From: an uncultured Holophagaceae bacterium | Lineage (GTDB): Bacteria; Acidobacteriota; Holophagae; Holophagales; Holophagaceae | Length of the DNA: 64,000 bases | Assembly: GCA_903873655.1 (NCBI GenBank) | Contig: CAIQPH010000279.1 | Span: forward strand, 1,321-65,320 | Direction of reading: 5' to 3' | Part shown: piece by piece, positions 50,169 to 60,461 of the stretch | Numbering within the stretch: position 1 is the first letter of the stretch | Layout of the letters: each line of letters starts with the position of its first letter | Made by a program: the position numbers and the translations under genes | The notes under the pieces: generated by a model | The model's input: the letters and a program-made list of their open reading frames with translations, nothing else | Told to the model about the DNA's origin: nothing | Databases searched by the model: none

Positions 50169-50978
50169 ATGATGCACCCCGCCGCCTTCCAGTTGGCCGC
50201 GGACCTGGGTGGGACCCTGCTCGGCAGCACCGCCGGAGGTCTATTGGTGGTCGAGCGGATCAAGGAACATGGCCTGCCACAGGTGGCCGTGCTGGGTCGG
50301 GGCGCGGTGGATGTGCTGGAACCCCTGGAGGCCGCCGAGCGGGTCCAGGCCAGAGGACTCGGGCTGAACCTCGTCGCTCTGGTGCCTCTGCCCGGCTGCG
50401 ATCTGGCGGCGGCCCTGGGTCTTTACCGCCGCCGCATCGGCGCCCTGGTGGCCGCCCTGGATGCGGGGCTCCCCTGGCTAGGTGGGAAGCCCATGCTGCC
50501 AAATCGCCTGCCAGGCAGGATCTTTAGGGCGACCCCGGTGCGGCTTGCGAAGGCGCCCATGGGGCCTCTGGAAAAGGATCGCCTAAAGGGACTCCTCGCG
50601 GACTGGGAGGAGGATCGACGCAAGAGGGTCTTCCGTCGGTCCGAGTGGCTGGCAGTGCTGGACCATGCCGGGCATGGCGGCTTCAAGACCCATCTCTGGC
50701 CGGGTGTGCCGCTGCCCGACGGGGCGGAATGGCGAGTGCCACCCTTGGAACTGCCCTGCGCCACGCCCCTGATGGATGCCCTGCGGGTTGCCCTTCGCAC
50801 GGCCACAGGGCTGCCGGTGCCCTTCCTGCCCCTGCCTGAGGATCCCGCCCCACTCCATGCCCTGCGCCTGCTCACGCCGGAGATCGCTGCCTTTCGGGGG
50901 CCCGTGCGAGCCTGGGAGTTGGCCCTGGTGAGCCTGTCCCGCCTGCCAGGTCCCCCGCATTTCTGCGCCCGGTGCTGA
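50169..50978 (+). CDS. Hypothetical protein
   Basis: Long ORF with GC-biased third codon positions filling the gap; no motif recognised. Confidence 0.55.
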   Translation: MMHPAAFQLAADLGGTLLGSTAGGLLVVERIKEHGLPQVAVLGRGAVDVLEPLEAAERVQARGLGLNLVALVPLPGCDLAAALGLYRRRIGALVAALDAGLPWLGGKPMLPNRLPGRIFRATPVRLAKAPMGPLEKDRLKGLLADWEEDRRKRVFRRSEWLAVLDHAGHGGFKTHLWPGVPLPDGAEWRVPPLELPCATPLMDALRVALRTATGLPVPFLPLPEDPAPLHALRLLTPEIAAFRGPVRAWELALVSLSRLPGPPHFCARC

Positions 50979-50996
50979 TCCAGCCGCTGTGGCGGC

Positions 50997-52400
50997 CTAC
51001 ATATTCAAAGCCCGTCCGTACACGGCCCGCGCCGCCTCTGGGAAGGCCTCGTTCAGGGTCGGGTGGGGATACATGGTGTGGATCAGTTCGTCCACGGTGT
51101 ACTCGCCGCCCATCAGCGCGACGCTGGAAGCCACGAGTTCCGTGGCCTTGGGGCCCAGGATGTGGATGCCCAGGATCTCGCCATACCGCTTGTCAGCCAC
51201 GATCTTGATGAAGCCGTGGGGCTCGCCCACGATGTTGGCCTTGGCCATGGGTGCGAAGGGGAAGCTGCCCACCTGCACGTCGTAGCCCTTGGCCTTCGCG
51301 GCCTCCTCGCTGAGGCCGATGGTGCCCACTTCGGGATCGCAGTAGGTGCAGGCGGGGAACCGGTCATAGCGGACGGGATGGGGATGCACATCCTTGCCCA
51401 GGCTCTGCGCAGCATGTTCAGCGGCCACGATGCCCTCATCGCTGGCGACATGGGCCAGCCAGGGCGTGCGCACGATATCGCCGACGGCATAAAGGCCGGG
51501 CTCTCCGGTCTGCATGAACTTGTCGATGACCACGCAGCCCCGGTCCACCTGGGCCTTGGTCTTCTCCAGGCCGAGGCCCTCCAACTGGGGAGCGCGGCCC
51601 ACGGCCACCAACAGATGGCTGCCCACGACCTCACCGCTGGACTCGCCTTCCAGGTGGCACACCACCCCGTCAGTCCGTTTCTCGATACGGGTGATCCGGG
51701 TCCTGGTGCGGACATCCATCTTGTAGGACCGACGGAAGATCTTGGCCAACTCCAGGCCGATGTCCTGGTCCTCGAGGGGCAGGATCGTTTCCATGAACTC
51801 GACCAGCGTCACCTTGGAGCCCAGGCGGCTGAACACCGACGCGAACTCCACACCGATGGCGCCCGCTCCAAGGATCACCAGGTGCGCGGGGAGCTCGGTC
51901 AGCTCAAGGATGTGGTCGCTGGTGAGCACCTGAATTCCATCGGCCTCGAGGCCTGGAATCGGCTTGGGCGCCGAGCCGGTGGCCAGGATGATGCGCCTGG
52001 CTTCGTGGACCTCGCCTTCCACCTGCACCTTGCCGCCGCCCAGCAGCCTGCCGAACCCCTTCAGCACGGTCACTTTGTTCTTCTTCATGAGGAACTCGAT
52101 GCCCTTCGCGTTCTTCAGGACGATGCGGCCCTTCCGCTTGACGATGGTCCCCAAGTTGGGTTTCAGGGCCGCGGCCTCCACCCCGTCGATGCCGTAGTCC
52201 TCCGCCAGCTTCATCTGCTCGAAGCGGTGGGCCGTCTCAAGCCAGGTCTTGGCAGGAATGCAGCCTCGATGAAGGCAGGTGCCCCCAAGCGCCGGATCCT
52301 TCTCCACGATGGCCGTAGTCAGACCCAGCTGGGCAGCGCGAATGGCGGCGATGTAGCCGCCGGGACCGGAACCGATGACGATGAGATCGAAAGAAGCCAT
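50997..52400 (-). CDS. lpdA: Dihydrolipoyl dehydrogenase
   Basis: GSGPGGY, GGTCLHRGCIP and HPTLNE motifs. Confidence 0.95.
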   Translation of the reverse strand: MASFDLIVIGSGPGGYIAAIRAAQLGLTTAIVEKDPALGGTCLHRGCIPAKTWLETAHRFEQMKLAEDYGIDGVEAAALKPNLGTIVKRKGRIVLKNAKGIEFLMKKNKVTVLKGFGRLLGGGKVQVEGEVHEARRIILATGSAPKPIPGLEADGIQVLTSDHILELTELPAHLVILGAGAIGVEFASVFSRLGSKVTLVEFMETILPLEDQDIGLELAKIFRRSYKMDVRTRTRITRIEKRTDGVVCHLEGESSGEVVGSHLLVAVGRAPQLEGLGLEKTKAQVDRGCVVIDKFMQTGEPGLYAVGDIVRTPWLAHVASDEGIVAAEHAAQSLGKDVHPHPVRYDRFPACTYCDPEVGTIGLSEEAAKAKGYDVQVGSFPFAPMAKANIVGEPHGFIKIVADKRYGEILGIHILGPKATELVASSVALMGGEYTVDELIHTMYPHPTLNEAFPEAARAVYGRALNM

Positions 52401-52451
52401 GTCGAGCTCCGGAGGACAAAGGCTTCATGATCCCACAGGCGCGGGAAGCCG

Positions 52452-53603
52452 CTAGACGTATGCCAGTGCGGCTTGTGCTTCCAGCCGAGCGGCCTTCCAC
52501 TCAGCCCAGGCGGTCTTCAGCTCCAACCGGTGCTGAGCCAGGGCGGCCCGCCGTTCAGCCTTAACCGCTTGCCAGGCCTCGGCCTTGGCCACTCCTTTGG
52601 CTCGCCACTCGGCTTTCTTGTGGCTCCAGGCCTCATGCCGCTCGTGCAGGGAGGCCAGGGCGGAATCGAGTTGCAGCCGCGCCGCACCAAGGCGGGCCTG
52701 CAGGACAGTTGTGACGGCGGGATTGGCCCGCAGCAACCGTTCGCGCAACCGCTTCTCCTCCATGAGCAGGCGGGCCCGGATCATGGCTTCAGTGGAGACC
52801 CTACGGAACTGGCCCACCAATCCCAGCCAGCCAAGCACGCTCAAGAGCCACTTGGTGGTGTCCCACTGGTACCAGAGGGCGCCATTCCGGTAGTCCCATT
52901 GCCACTGGTGATGGAAATTGTGGAACCCCTCGCCATAGGTGAGCGGGGCCAGCAGCCAGTTGTCGCGGGCCGTGTTGGCATCGGTGTAGGGGCGACTGCC
53001 GAACTTGTGGGCGGCGCTGTTGATTAAGAAGGTGGTGTGGTGGGTCGTCACGATGCGCAGGACCACCCCGAATACCAGGTGGCCGAGGAGGTTGCCCGTG
53101 GCGAGTCCGATCCAGAGTGGAAGGGTGGCCACCACCGCCCCGATGAGGAAGTGGTTCCGGTGCTGCCAGCGCACCAGGGGATCCTTCTCCAGGTCGGCCA
53201 CGCCAGCAATGGGGAGGTCCCTGGATTCCATCACCCAGGTCCAGTGGGCGTACCAGAACCCGTGGCGGATGCTGTAGGGGTCCTGGTCGGTATCCACATG
53301 CTGGTGGTGCACCCGGTGGTCGCTGGACCACTTGAGGGCCGAATTCTCGAAGGCCGCGGCGCCAAGGCAGAGGAACAGGAACCGGACGGCCTTGGTGGCC
53401 TTGTAGGCCCGGTGGCTGAAGAGCCTGTGGTAGCCGGCTGTGATGGCGGTACCGATGGTGAAGGTCATGGCTAGAAAGACCAGGGCCTCGCTCCATCGCA
53501 ACCCCACTGTGGCCAAGCGCCAAGGCACCAGCATCAGCGCGAGCGCGAGGGTCCCCGTGAGGAAAAGGGTATTCAGAAGATCCCAGCGTCTGGCCTCGGT
53601 CAT
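52452..53603 (-). CDS. Delta-9-type fatty acid desaturase with C-terminal coiled coil
   Basis: His boxes HRLFSH, HRVHH and HNFHH. Confidence 0.9.
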   Translation of the reverse strand: MTEARRWDLLNTLFLTGTLALALMLVPWRLATVGLRWSEALVFLAMTFTIGTAITAGYHRLFSHRAYKATKAVRFLFLCLGAAAFENSALKWSSDHRVHHQHVDTDQDPYSIRHGFWYAHWTWVMESRDLPIAGVADLEKDPLVRWQHRNHFLIGAVVATLPLWIGLATGNLLGHLVFGVVLRIVTTHHTTFLINSAAHKFGSRPYTDANTARDNWLLAPLTYGEGFHNFHHQWQWDYRNGALWYQWDTTKWLLSVLGWLGLVGQFRRVSTEAMIRARLLMEEKRLRERLLRANPAVTTVLQARLGAARLQLDSALASLHERHEAWSHKKAEWRAKGVAKAEAWQAVKAERRAALAQHRLELKTAWAEWKAARLEAQAALAYV

Positions 53604-53736
53604 TTCATTGACTCCAAAATATAGTTTAATTCTACCGCGCGTCTGCAACACGCGTTACGAACCTTGCGATTGAGGCCTCGGTTCTCAACTTCCCCGAAAA
53701 ACAGACGACACTAGAAAGTGAGATTCTGGAGGCCCC

Positions 53737-54192
53737 ATGAGAACAAACCTAAATGCGATTTTCTGCCTGCCGGTCCTCTGCTTGCCAATGGCAGCGCAGG
53801 ATGCCAGCCCGGCGGAGACGGAAGCCCTGGTGAAAGAGGCCATCGCCTTCGCCAAGGCCAACGGCAAGGATGCCGCCATCAAAGAAGTCACCAAGCCCGG
53901 AGGAAGGTTCCACAAGTACGGGGGTGAGCTCTATGTCTTCATCTACGACATGGACGGCAAGGTGGTTGGCCATGGCCAGGGCGCTGCCAAAGTCGGCGTC
54001 AACCAGCTGAATGCGAAGGACCCTGACGGTGTGGAATACATCAAAGAGCGCATCAAGCTGGCCAAGACCAAGGGCAAGGGCTGGCACAACTACAAATATG
54101 TAAACCCGAAGGATGGCAGGAAAGAACCGAAGACCAGCTACATCGAGGTCTGGGACAACCTGATCTTTGGCGCGGGCATCTACAAAAAGTAG
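53737..54192 (+). CDS. Exported single-Cache domain protein
   Basis: Signal peptide; LYVFIYD, KDPDG and GKGWHNY..KTSY motifs. Confidence 0.85.
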   Translation: MRTNLNAIFCLPVLCLPMAAQDASPAETEALVKEAIAFAKANGKDAAIKEVTKPGGRFHKYGGELYVFIYDMDGKVVGHGQGAAKVGVNQLNAKDPDGVEYIKERIKLAKTKGKGWHNYKYVNPKDGRKEPKTSYIEVWDNLIFGAGIYKK

Positions 54193-54297
54193 ACGGCCCG
54201 ATCCGCGCGCTCTGCCTTGTCCAGCGGGCCTTCCATCGCTATGGTGAAGGATTCCCTTCGCGCCAAGCGCGCACCCGCACCTGAAGGTGGAGTCCCC

Positions 54298-55893
54298 ATG
54301 AAGATCATCGTGACCGACGAGGTGACCGGCGAGGGTCTAGCGCTCCTTCGGGCTGACCCGCGCGTCCACCTCGACATCCGCCTGGGGCTCTCCAACGAGG
54401 CCCTGCTGGGCTGCATCGGGGAGTACGACGCCATCATCACCCGCAGTGGGACCACCGTGGACAGGGCCCTGCTGGATGCCGCGACCAACCTGAAGATCGT
54501 GGCTCGGGCCGGGGTCGGCATCGACAATGTGGACGTCGACTACGCCAGTGCCAAGGGCGTCATCGTGGTGAACGCCCCCTTCGGCAACACCAACAGCGCC
54601 GCCGAGCACACCATGGCCCTGCTGCTGTCCGCGTGCCGACATGTGCCGGCCGCCAACGCCAGCTTGAAATCCGGCGAATGGAAGCGGGCCAAGTTCACGG
54701 GGGTAGAACTCAAGGGCAAGACTGCAGGTGTCATCGGGCTGGGCAAGGTCGGTGGTCGGGTGGCCACTCGCCTCAAGGCCTTCGAGTGCGAGGTGCTGGG
54801 CTGCGACCCTTACATCAGCGCCAAGCGGGCCCAGGACCTGGGCGTGCAGTTGGTGGATCTTGCTGAGCTCAGCCGCGCCTGCGACATCATCACCGTGCAC
54901 ACCCCCTTGAACGACGAGACGCGCGGCATGATCGGCCCCGACCAGCTGACCCTCATGAAAGAGGGGGTGATCCTGCTCAACGTGGCCCGGGGCGGCATCC
55001 TGGATGAGCCCATGCTGTTGGCCGCCCTCCAGTCCGGGAAAGTGAGCCTGGCCGCGGTGGATGTGTTCTCAGACGAGCCACCGACCTCCGACCTGATGCG
55101 ATCCCTCATTGCCCAGGAACGGCTGGTGGTGACCCCCCATCTCGGCGCCAATACCCAGGAGGCCCAGGTGAATGTGGCCATCGATGTCTCCAAGGAGATC
55201 CTCGCCTACCTGGACCGTGCGCCTCTGGAGAACGCTGTGAACCTGCCGCGCTTCGACCCGGCCGTGATGAACCAGATGCGGCCCTACTTCAAGCTGATGG
55301 CCATCCTCAGCGAGTTCGGCCTGCAGCTCATGCAGGGCAACCTGGACCGCGTCACCTTCGGCTTCAGCGGTGCCATCGCCTCCCAGGACTGCTCGCCGCT
55401 GACGGTGAGCGGCCTGGCCGCGCTTCTGGCCCGGGCCGCCGACCAGCCCGTGAACATGGTCAACGCCAGTCTGGTGGCCGAGCGCATGGGCCTCGTGGTC
55501 GAAGAGCACAAGTCCACCCAGGGCGGCGCGTTCTCCAATCTGGTCACCCTGACGCTGGCGGGCGCCTGGGGCACCCGGGTCGTGTCGGGCACGCTCTTCG
55601 AGGGCGCTCCCCGCATCGTCGGCTTGCGGGACTACGCCATGGACTTCCTGCCCGAGCCCCACATGCTCCTCCTGAGCTACCTGGACCGTCCCGGTATGAT
55701 CGGAAAGATCGGCACGGTGCTGGGCCAGCACGAGATCAACATTGCCTTCATGAGCCTGGGCCGCCGGGAGAAGAAGGGCGAGGCCATGGTGGTCCTGTCC
55801 GTGGACTCACCGGTGCCGGCCCCCGTGGTGGAGGAACTCCGGCAAGCCACCGAGGCCACTTTCATCCAGGCCCTGCACCTGCCGTCCGCCTGA
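54298..55893 (+). CDS. serA: D-3-phosphoglycerate dehydrogenase (long form with ACT domain)
   Basis: RAGVGIDN, GLGKVG, TPHLGA and DRPGMIG motifs. Confidence 0.95.
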   Translation: MKIIVTDEVTGEGLALLRADPRVHLDIRLGLSNEALLGCIGEYDAIITRSGTTVDRALLDAATNLKIVARAGVGIDNVDVDYASAKGVIVVNAPFGNTNSAAEHTMALLLSACRHVPAANASLKSGEWKRAKFTGVELKGKTAGVIGLGKVGGRVATRLKAFECEVLGCDPYISAKRAQDLGVQLVDLAELSRACDIITVHTPLNDETRGMIGPDQLTLMKEGVILLNVARGGILDEPMLLAALQSGKVSLAAVDVFSDEPPTSDLMRSLIAQERLVVTPHLGANTQEAQVNVAIDVSKEILAYLDRAPLENAVNLPRFDPAVMNQMRPYFKLMAILSEFGLQLMQGNLDRVTFGFSGAIASQDCSPLTVSGLAALLARAADQPVNMVNASLVAERMGLVVEEHKSTQGGAFSNLVTLTLAGAWGTRVVSGTLFEGAPRIVGLRDYAMDFLPEPHMLLLSYLDRPGMIGKIGTVLGQHEINIAFMSLGRREKKGEAMVVLSVDSPVPAPVVEELRQATEATFIQALHLPSA

Positions 55894-55924
55894 CCCCTGG
55901 CATGATGGGAATCGGGAGACTGCC

Positions 55925-56575
55925 TTGAAACTCATCGCCTGGGACTTCGACGGCACGCTGGTGGACAGCCGACCACTCATCGAAGCGGGCATGGCCCATG
56001 CCCTGGACGCCCTGGGCCAACCCCGGTCCGTCATGGACGATTGGCTGAAATACGTTGGCCTGCCGGTGGAGATCGGCATTCGGAACACCTTCGACCCGCT
56101 GGGTGTGGACGGCCCCGCGGTCCTCCAGGCCTATCGGAGCTTCCCCCATGTCGAACAAGAGCACATGCTCCGGCCCTTCACGGGCATCCCCGAACTACTG
56201 GATGAGTTGCGAGTCCGGGGCCTGCGCATGGGCCTGGCCACCTCCAAGCGCACAGTCCCCCTCATGCGCCAGATGGCCAGGTTCGGGTGGGAGTCCTTTT
56301 TCGATCCCATCATCACTCCCGACGACGTTACCCATGGCAAGCCCCATCCAGAGACGCTGGAATTGATGCAGGCCCGGACCGGACTGGGCCCCGAGGACCT
56401 TCTCATGGTGGGTGACACCCCCTTCGATCTGGACATGGCCAGGGCAGCCGGTGTGCCGAGCCTGGCCGTGGGGCATGGTTTCTACCCTCAGGAGGCCCTG
56501 GCGGCCTGTGGTCCCCGGGCCTATGCCCCTGACACCGCGGCCTTGCGCGACATCCTCCTGGCCTGGAGTGAATAA
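55925..56575 (+). CDS. HAD-family hydrolase (Gph/PpaX-like)
   Basis: DFDGTL, KPHPE and VGDTPFD motifs. Confidence 0.85.
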   Translation: MKLIAWDFDGTLVDSRPLIEAGMAHALDALGQPRSVMDDWLKYVGLPVEIGIRNTFDPLGVDGPAVLQAYRSFPHVEQEHMLRPFTGIPELLDELRVRGLRMGLATSKRTVPLMRQMARFGWESFFDPIITPDDVTHGKPHPETLELMQARTGLGPEDLLMVGDTPFDLDMARAAGVPSLAVGHGFYPQEALAACGPRAYAPDTAALRDILLAWSE

Positions 56576-56580
56576 TATGA

Positions 56581-56667
56581 TCCGGGGGGACCGCCTGCTC
56601 ACCTAGCTCGCGAAGTCCCCCCCGGGAGCCCCCCGGCTTTCCACCAGGCAAAGCCCGACGGAAAGCC
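56581..56667 (+). repeat. Family A-like two-hairpin palindrome
   Basis: CCGGGGGGA..TCCCCCCCGG, linker GAGCCCCCC, GGCTTTCC..GGAAAGCC. Confidence 0.55.
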
Positions 56668-56683
56668 CCATCTCGGAGTGGTT

Positions 56684-57184
56684 ATGGCCGATCTGACCCA
56701 CCTGGATCCTGAAGGCCGTCCCAGGATGGTGGACGTGTCGGCCAAGGCCGTGACCCGAAGGGTAGCCGTGGCTGCGGGCTATTTGGAGATGGATGACTCT
56801 GCCGCGGAGGCCTTGTCCAAAGGCGGAGGGCCCAAAGGGGATCCCTGGTCGGTGGCCCGGATCGGGGCCGTGGGAGGGGTTAAGCGGACCTCGGATCTGA
56901 TCCCCCTGGCCCACCCCCTGGTCATCGAGGCTGTGGAGGTGGCCCACCACTGGGACCCCGCAACCCGCCGCGCCTGGCTGCGCGTCCAGGTGAGCTGCGA
57001 GGGCCGCACAGGCATCGAAATGGAGGCGCTAACTGGGGTGACAGTGGGCCTGCTGGTGCTCTACGACATGCTGAAGGCGGTGAGCCACAGCATGACGCTA
57101 GGGCCGGTCCGACTCCTCCGGAAGGAGGGGGGCCAGCGGGGCACCCTTGACCTGCCCTGGGAAGGCTGCCCCTGGAGCTCATAG
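56684..57184 (+). CDS. moaC: Cyclic pyranopterin monophosphate synthase
   Basis: LTHLD..MVDVSAK, LIPLAHP, TGIEMEAL and YDMLKAV motifs. Confidence 0.93.
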   Translation: MADLTHLDPEGRPRMVDVSAKAVTRRVAVAAGYLEMDDSAAEALSKGGGPKGDPWSVARIGAVGGVKRTSDLIPLAHPLVIEAVEVAHHWDPATRRAWLRVQVSCEGRTGIEMEALTGVTVGLLVLYDMLKAVSHSMTLGPVRLLRKEGGQRGTLDLPWEGCPWSS

Positions 57185-57345
57185 CCTCGCCCGAGGCTAG
57201 TTGGAAAACATTTGCATGTTCAAGGTCTCGATAGCCCTGTAAGATGGGGGATTGGACTATTCCTGAACCACCTTGCACCTGGGGCCAAGGCCCCCTCATG
57301 GAGGCCTAGCGAAGCAGGCTTTTCCGTTCCAGCCGGGAGTCCCCC

Positions 57346-58395
57346 ATGCGCCTTGCCATCCTGACCCTCGTTCTTGCGTCCATCGGTAGTTTCAGCCTGC
57401 AGGCCACCCCCAAGCGGACCTCCAGGAAGACCTCGTCGCGGCCAGCTGACGACCTGATCCATGTGATGCGCAAAGGCGAGACGGCCGCCATGGTGGCCCG
57501 CACCAACGGCTTGAGCCTGGGGGAGCTCGCGGCCCTGAACCCCGGCAAATCCCTGTCGAGGCTCGTGGTCGGAGCCAAGCTGAACATCCGGCCCGCCAGG
57601 GCCTCTGCAGATGCCACGCTGCGAGCCGATGGCGCGGGCCTGACCCCGCCACTTCCCGCCTTGCCGGCCCTGCCGGTCACCTCCATCGTGGCACCCATGC
57701 CCATGCCGCACATGGAACAGCTGCTGCCTTACCAAGTCCGGGGATCCGTACCGGCCGACGGACCGGTCAGTGCGATGAACATTGACCCCCACCACAACCC
57801 CATCACCACGGCCCAGCTGCTGGCCCGCATGCAACAGGTGATGCCCCCGGTCTCCGAGGCAGAGCTCAACGCCCTCCTGCCGACTTTCGCCTCCGCCGAT
57901 CCGGCCCGGCTCGACCTGCTCTGGCCCGTGGAGACCCGCACCATCAGTTCCACCTGGGGACCCCGCATGCGGACCAAGACCATCCGGGTGAAGGACCAGC
58001 GCAAGAAGCGAATCCGATACCGGAGCCGGCACAAGGGTGTGGACCTGACGGCAGCTACTGGCACTGCGGTCTTCTCCGCCCTCGACGGCCAGGTGATCTT
58101 CGCCGGCAAGCATAAGCAGTACGGGAACTACGTCATGGTCGACCACGGGAATGGCGTAGTCACCCTGTACGCCCACCACAGCCTGAATCTGGTCCAGATC
58201 GGCGATATCGTCCGTCGGGGACAGAAGATCGCGGAAGTCGGTCGTAGCGGCAATGCCACCGGACCGCATCTCCACTTCGAGCTCAGGGTGGACGGCGTGC
58301 AGCGGAACCCTCTTCCGGTGCTCAATGACGAAGAAGAAGTCCCGGCGGAGATGGCGGCCCAGAATGCCCTTCTCGGCTCCAGTTCCTTCCGCTGA
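57346..58395 (+). CDS. LysM + M23 peptidase
   Basis: LysM-like HVMRKGET..LAALN; HKGVD and GPHLHFE motifs. Confidence 0.88.
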   Translation: MRLAILTLVLASIGSFSLQATPKRTSRKTSSRPADDLIHVMRKGETAAMVARTNGLSLGELAALNPGKSLSRLVVGAKLNIRPARASADATLRADGAGLTPPLPALPALPVTSIVAPMPMPHMEQLLPYQVRGSVPADGPVSAMNIDPHHNPITTAQLLARMQQVMPPVSEAELNALLPTFASADPARLDLLWPVETRTISSTWGPRMRTKTIRVKDQRKKRIRYRSRHKGVDLTAATGTAVFSALDGQVIFAGKHKQYGNYVMVDHGNGVVTLYAHHSLNLVQIGDIVRRGQKIAEVGRSGNATGPHLHFELRVDGVQRNPLPVLNDEEEVPAEMAAQNALLGSSSFR

Positions 58396-58504
58396 ACTTC
58401 CCTGACATCCGCGGCACAGGAGTAGAGCGCACCTCCTGATCTCCACGCGAGATCGGCCCGGGAGGCCGTGATAGACTGGGTCCTTTCGCCGTTTCGAGGT
58501 GGTC

Positions 58505-60442
58505 ATGCCGCAGTACCGAGCTTCCCTCCAGACCCTGGGGGCCATCGTGCTTCTGGCCCTGGCCTTGGCTTGCCATGGGAAGGGCGGGAGCGCCAATGGG
58601 GACGGCACAACCGCCACCATCTCTGGAACCGTCATGTACCAGCGGGTTCCATTGGTCAAGAATGCGAACGGAGTACCCATCGGGCTGGCCGCCCCTGTCA
58701 CTGCCAATCTCGTCAGCCTTCCCGCCCAAGGCGTCTACATCCGCATCTACCAGCAGGTGGCGCAGACTGCGCCAGATGGAAGCACCGTCTACGAGTGGGT
58801 CCTGGCGGGGTCCACCACCACCACCACCACAGGCACCTATTCCACCACGGTGGCGACGGGCAGGCCCACCATGGTGGAACTGCTGAGCACCTTCAGTGGT
58901 GGGTCAGGGGTCATCAACCTGATTGCCGAACCCCAGGGGATCAGCAGTCCGACGCCAGTGTATGACCGAGTGCAATATGCCATGAGGGCCGCCGCAGATG
59001 GGTCCAAACCGGCGAACAACAAGGCCCCAGCCACGGTGATCTCCGGCAACTCAGTCGTGAATTTCACCGTCGGCCTGAATGATGTGTGGTGGGTCTACAA
59101 CCCTTCGATCACCTCCAGCACGGGGGTGGCGGCCTTCGTCGATCAGGCCAAGCTCGAAACCGATCCTTCCCTCGGGGCCGGGCGCACCTCAGGCCTGGGC
59201 GCAGGTAGTCGGGTTCTGGGCATCGGCGACACCATTGCGAGCTTCGTGACGGTCTATGGTGCAGCTACACCGGGCTCCACGCTCGACCTTCACTACTGGC
59301 CCGGGGTCGATTCCGGCGGTTCCTACGTCGTGTACGACCGCAGCCTGATCCCCCAGTCCCTGGCTTCCTCCGTCTATTTTGGAACTCTGCGAGGAGGCCC
59401 CAGCAACGACGATGCCTGGGACGCCGGCGTGATCCTTCCCCTTCTGGCGCGCAACGTCCTCTATGGCGCAAACCTGGCACGCACGTTCTCTGTATCCATG
59501 CATCCCCTCTTCCCACCCAGCGCAGCTCTTGCGGATCTCAGCCCGGATATGGCCCGGATCGAAGGCCTCGCCCAGGCCATGGCGGCGAATGTGCTCCAGT
59601 CCCCCTACCTGGCTGATACCCAGGACACTGGCCTGGCAGCACCCGTGATTGATATCCGGGATATCAGCGGGCTCAGTGCCGCCCAGTTGACGCCTTACTC
59701 TGCACCGGCCATTAGGAGATTCGCCTGGGAGGTCATCCTCAAGGCGAACAGTCTGCCCTCTCCTGGGACGGCCTCTGATTGGGCCAATATCAACACCCTG
59801 ACCGCCGCCCGGTTCTTCCTGACGCCGGCTGCGGCGGGCACTTCCTCCAGTGGTGCGGCCGTCGATGTCGAACCGCTCAACATCTACAACCAGATTGGCC
59901 GCCTCAAGGAGGCCAAGACCTCCATTGAGCCTGTGGACCTGGCCACCATCTTCACTGATGCGGTGCTGACCAGCCTGGGACAACCCTTCGGCCTCCTGTG
60001 GCCCCGCCCGATCACGGGCGCCTACACTTCCTTCGCTGCGAATTGGGGGACGGATCCAACCACCTCGTTCCCCCCGGTGGTGCTCAGCATGGCCAAGGCC
60101 ACCCAAGTGAACCCGCCCTTCCCCGGTGCGGTCCTGGCTTACCCCAACCTCTCTCAAGGTGAAGTGGTCTATGCGGGCTTCAGCCTGAGCGCGGACAAGT
60201 CATGCACCATGACTGCCACGATCACCTCCCTCGGGGCACCTTTCACCGGCCAGGTGGAAGTGGACCTGCCCATGATTCCGTGGACCTTCACCTTCACTGG
60301 TTCCGGCGAAACCACGGCCCGCATGGTCATTCCCGTGAGCAGCACCGCACCCTACTATCATCCTGTGCGGATCCGCATGGTGAGCCCCTCCCTCCTGCAG
60401 CCGCCTGTCACCGTGGCGCTCACGCTCAACCCTTCGAACTGA
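58505..60442 (+). CDS. Large Thr/Ser-rich lipoprotein, unknown function
   Basis: Lipobox LALAC; beta-rich segments; degenerate zincin-like segment. Confidence 0.7.
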   Translation: MPQYRASLQTLGAIVLLALALACHGKGGSANGDGTTATISGTVMYQRVPLVKNANGVPIGLAAPVTANLVSLPAQGVYIRIYQQVAQTAPDGSTVYEWVLAGSTTTTTTGTYSTTVATGRPTMVELLSTFSGGSGVINLIAEPQGISSPTPVYDRVQYAMRAAADGSKPANNKAPATVISGNSVVNFTVGLNDVWWVYNPSITSSTGVAAFVDQAKLETDPSLGAGRTSGLGAGSRVLGIGDTIASFVTVYGAATPGSTLDLHYWPGVDSGGSYVVYDRSLIPQSLASSVYFGTLRGGPSNDDAWDAGVILPLLARNVLYGANLARTFSVSMHPLFPPSAALADLSPDMARIEGLAQAMAANVLQSPYLADTQDTGLAAPVIDIRDISGLSAAQLTPYSAPAIRRFAWEVILKANSLPSPGTASDWANINTLTAARFFLTPAAAGTSSSGAAVDVEPLNIYNQIGRLKEAKTSIEPVDLATIFTDAVLTSLGQPFGLLWPRPITGAYTSFAANWGTDPTTSFPPVVLSMAKATQVNPPFPGAVLAYPNLSQGEVVYAGFSLSADKSCTMTATITSLGAPFTGQVEVDLPMIPWTFTFTGSGETTARMVIPVSSTAPYYHPVRIRMVSPSLLQPPVTVALTLNPSN

Positions 60443-60461
60443 CTCTGATTCTGGAGCCTTC

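Noticed and set aside
56645-56670. GGCAAAGCCCGACGGAAAGCC as a c-di-GMP-I or Moco riboswitch before moaC
   Set aside because: Lacks the GAAA-capped stem and second stem of GEMM; better explained as the repeat's second hairpin.
57230-57345. c-di-AMP (ydaO) riboswitch upstream of the LysM-M23 gene
   Set aside because: Context fits, but the conserved GCUGAAU, GGGGuGAAU and CAGCUAAC segments are absent.
58813-58830. (ACC)n run as a phase-variable tract
   Set aside because: In-frame triplet repeat encoding poly-Thr; cannot shift the frame.
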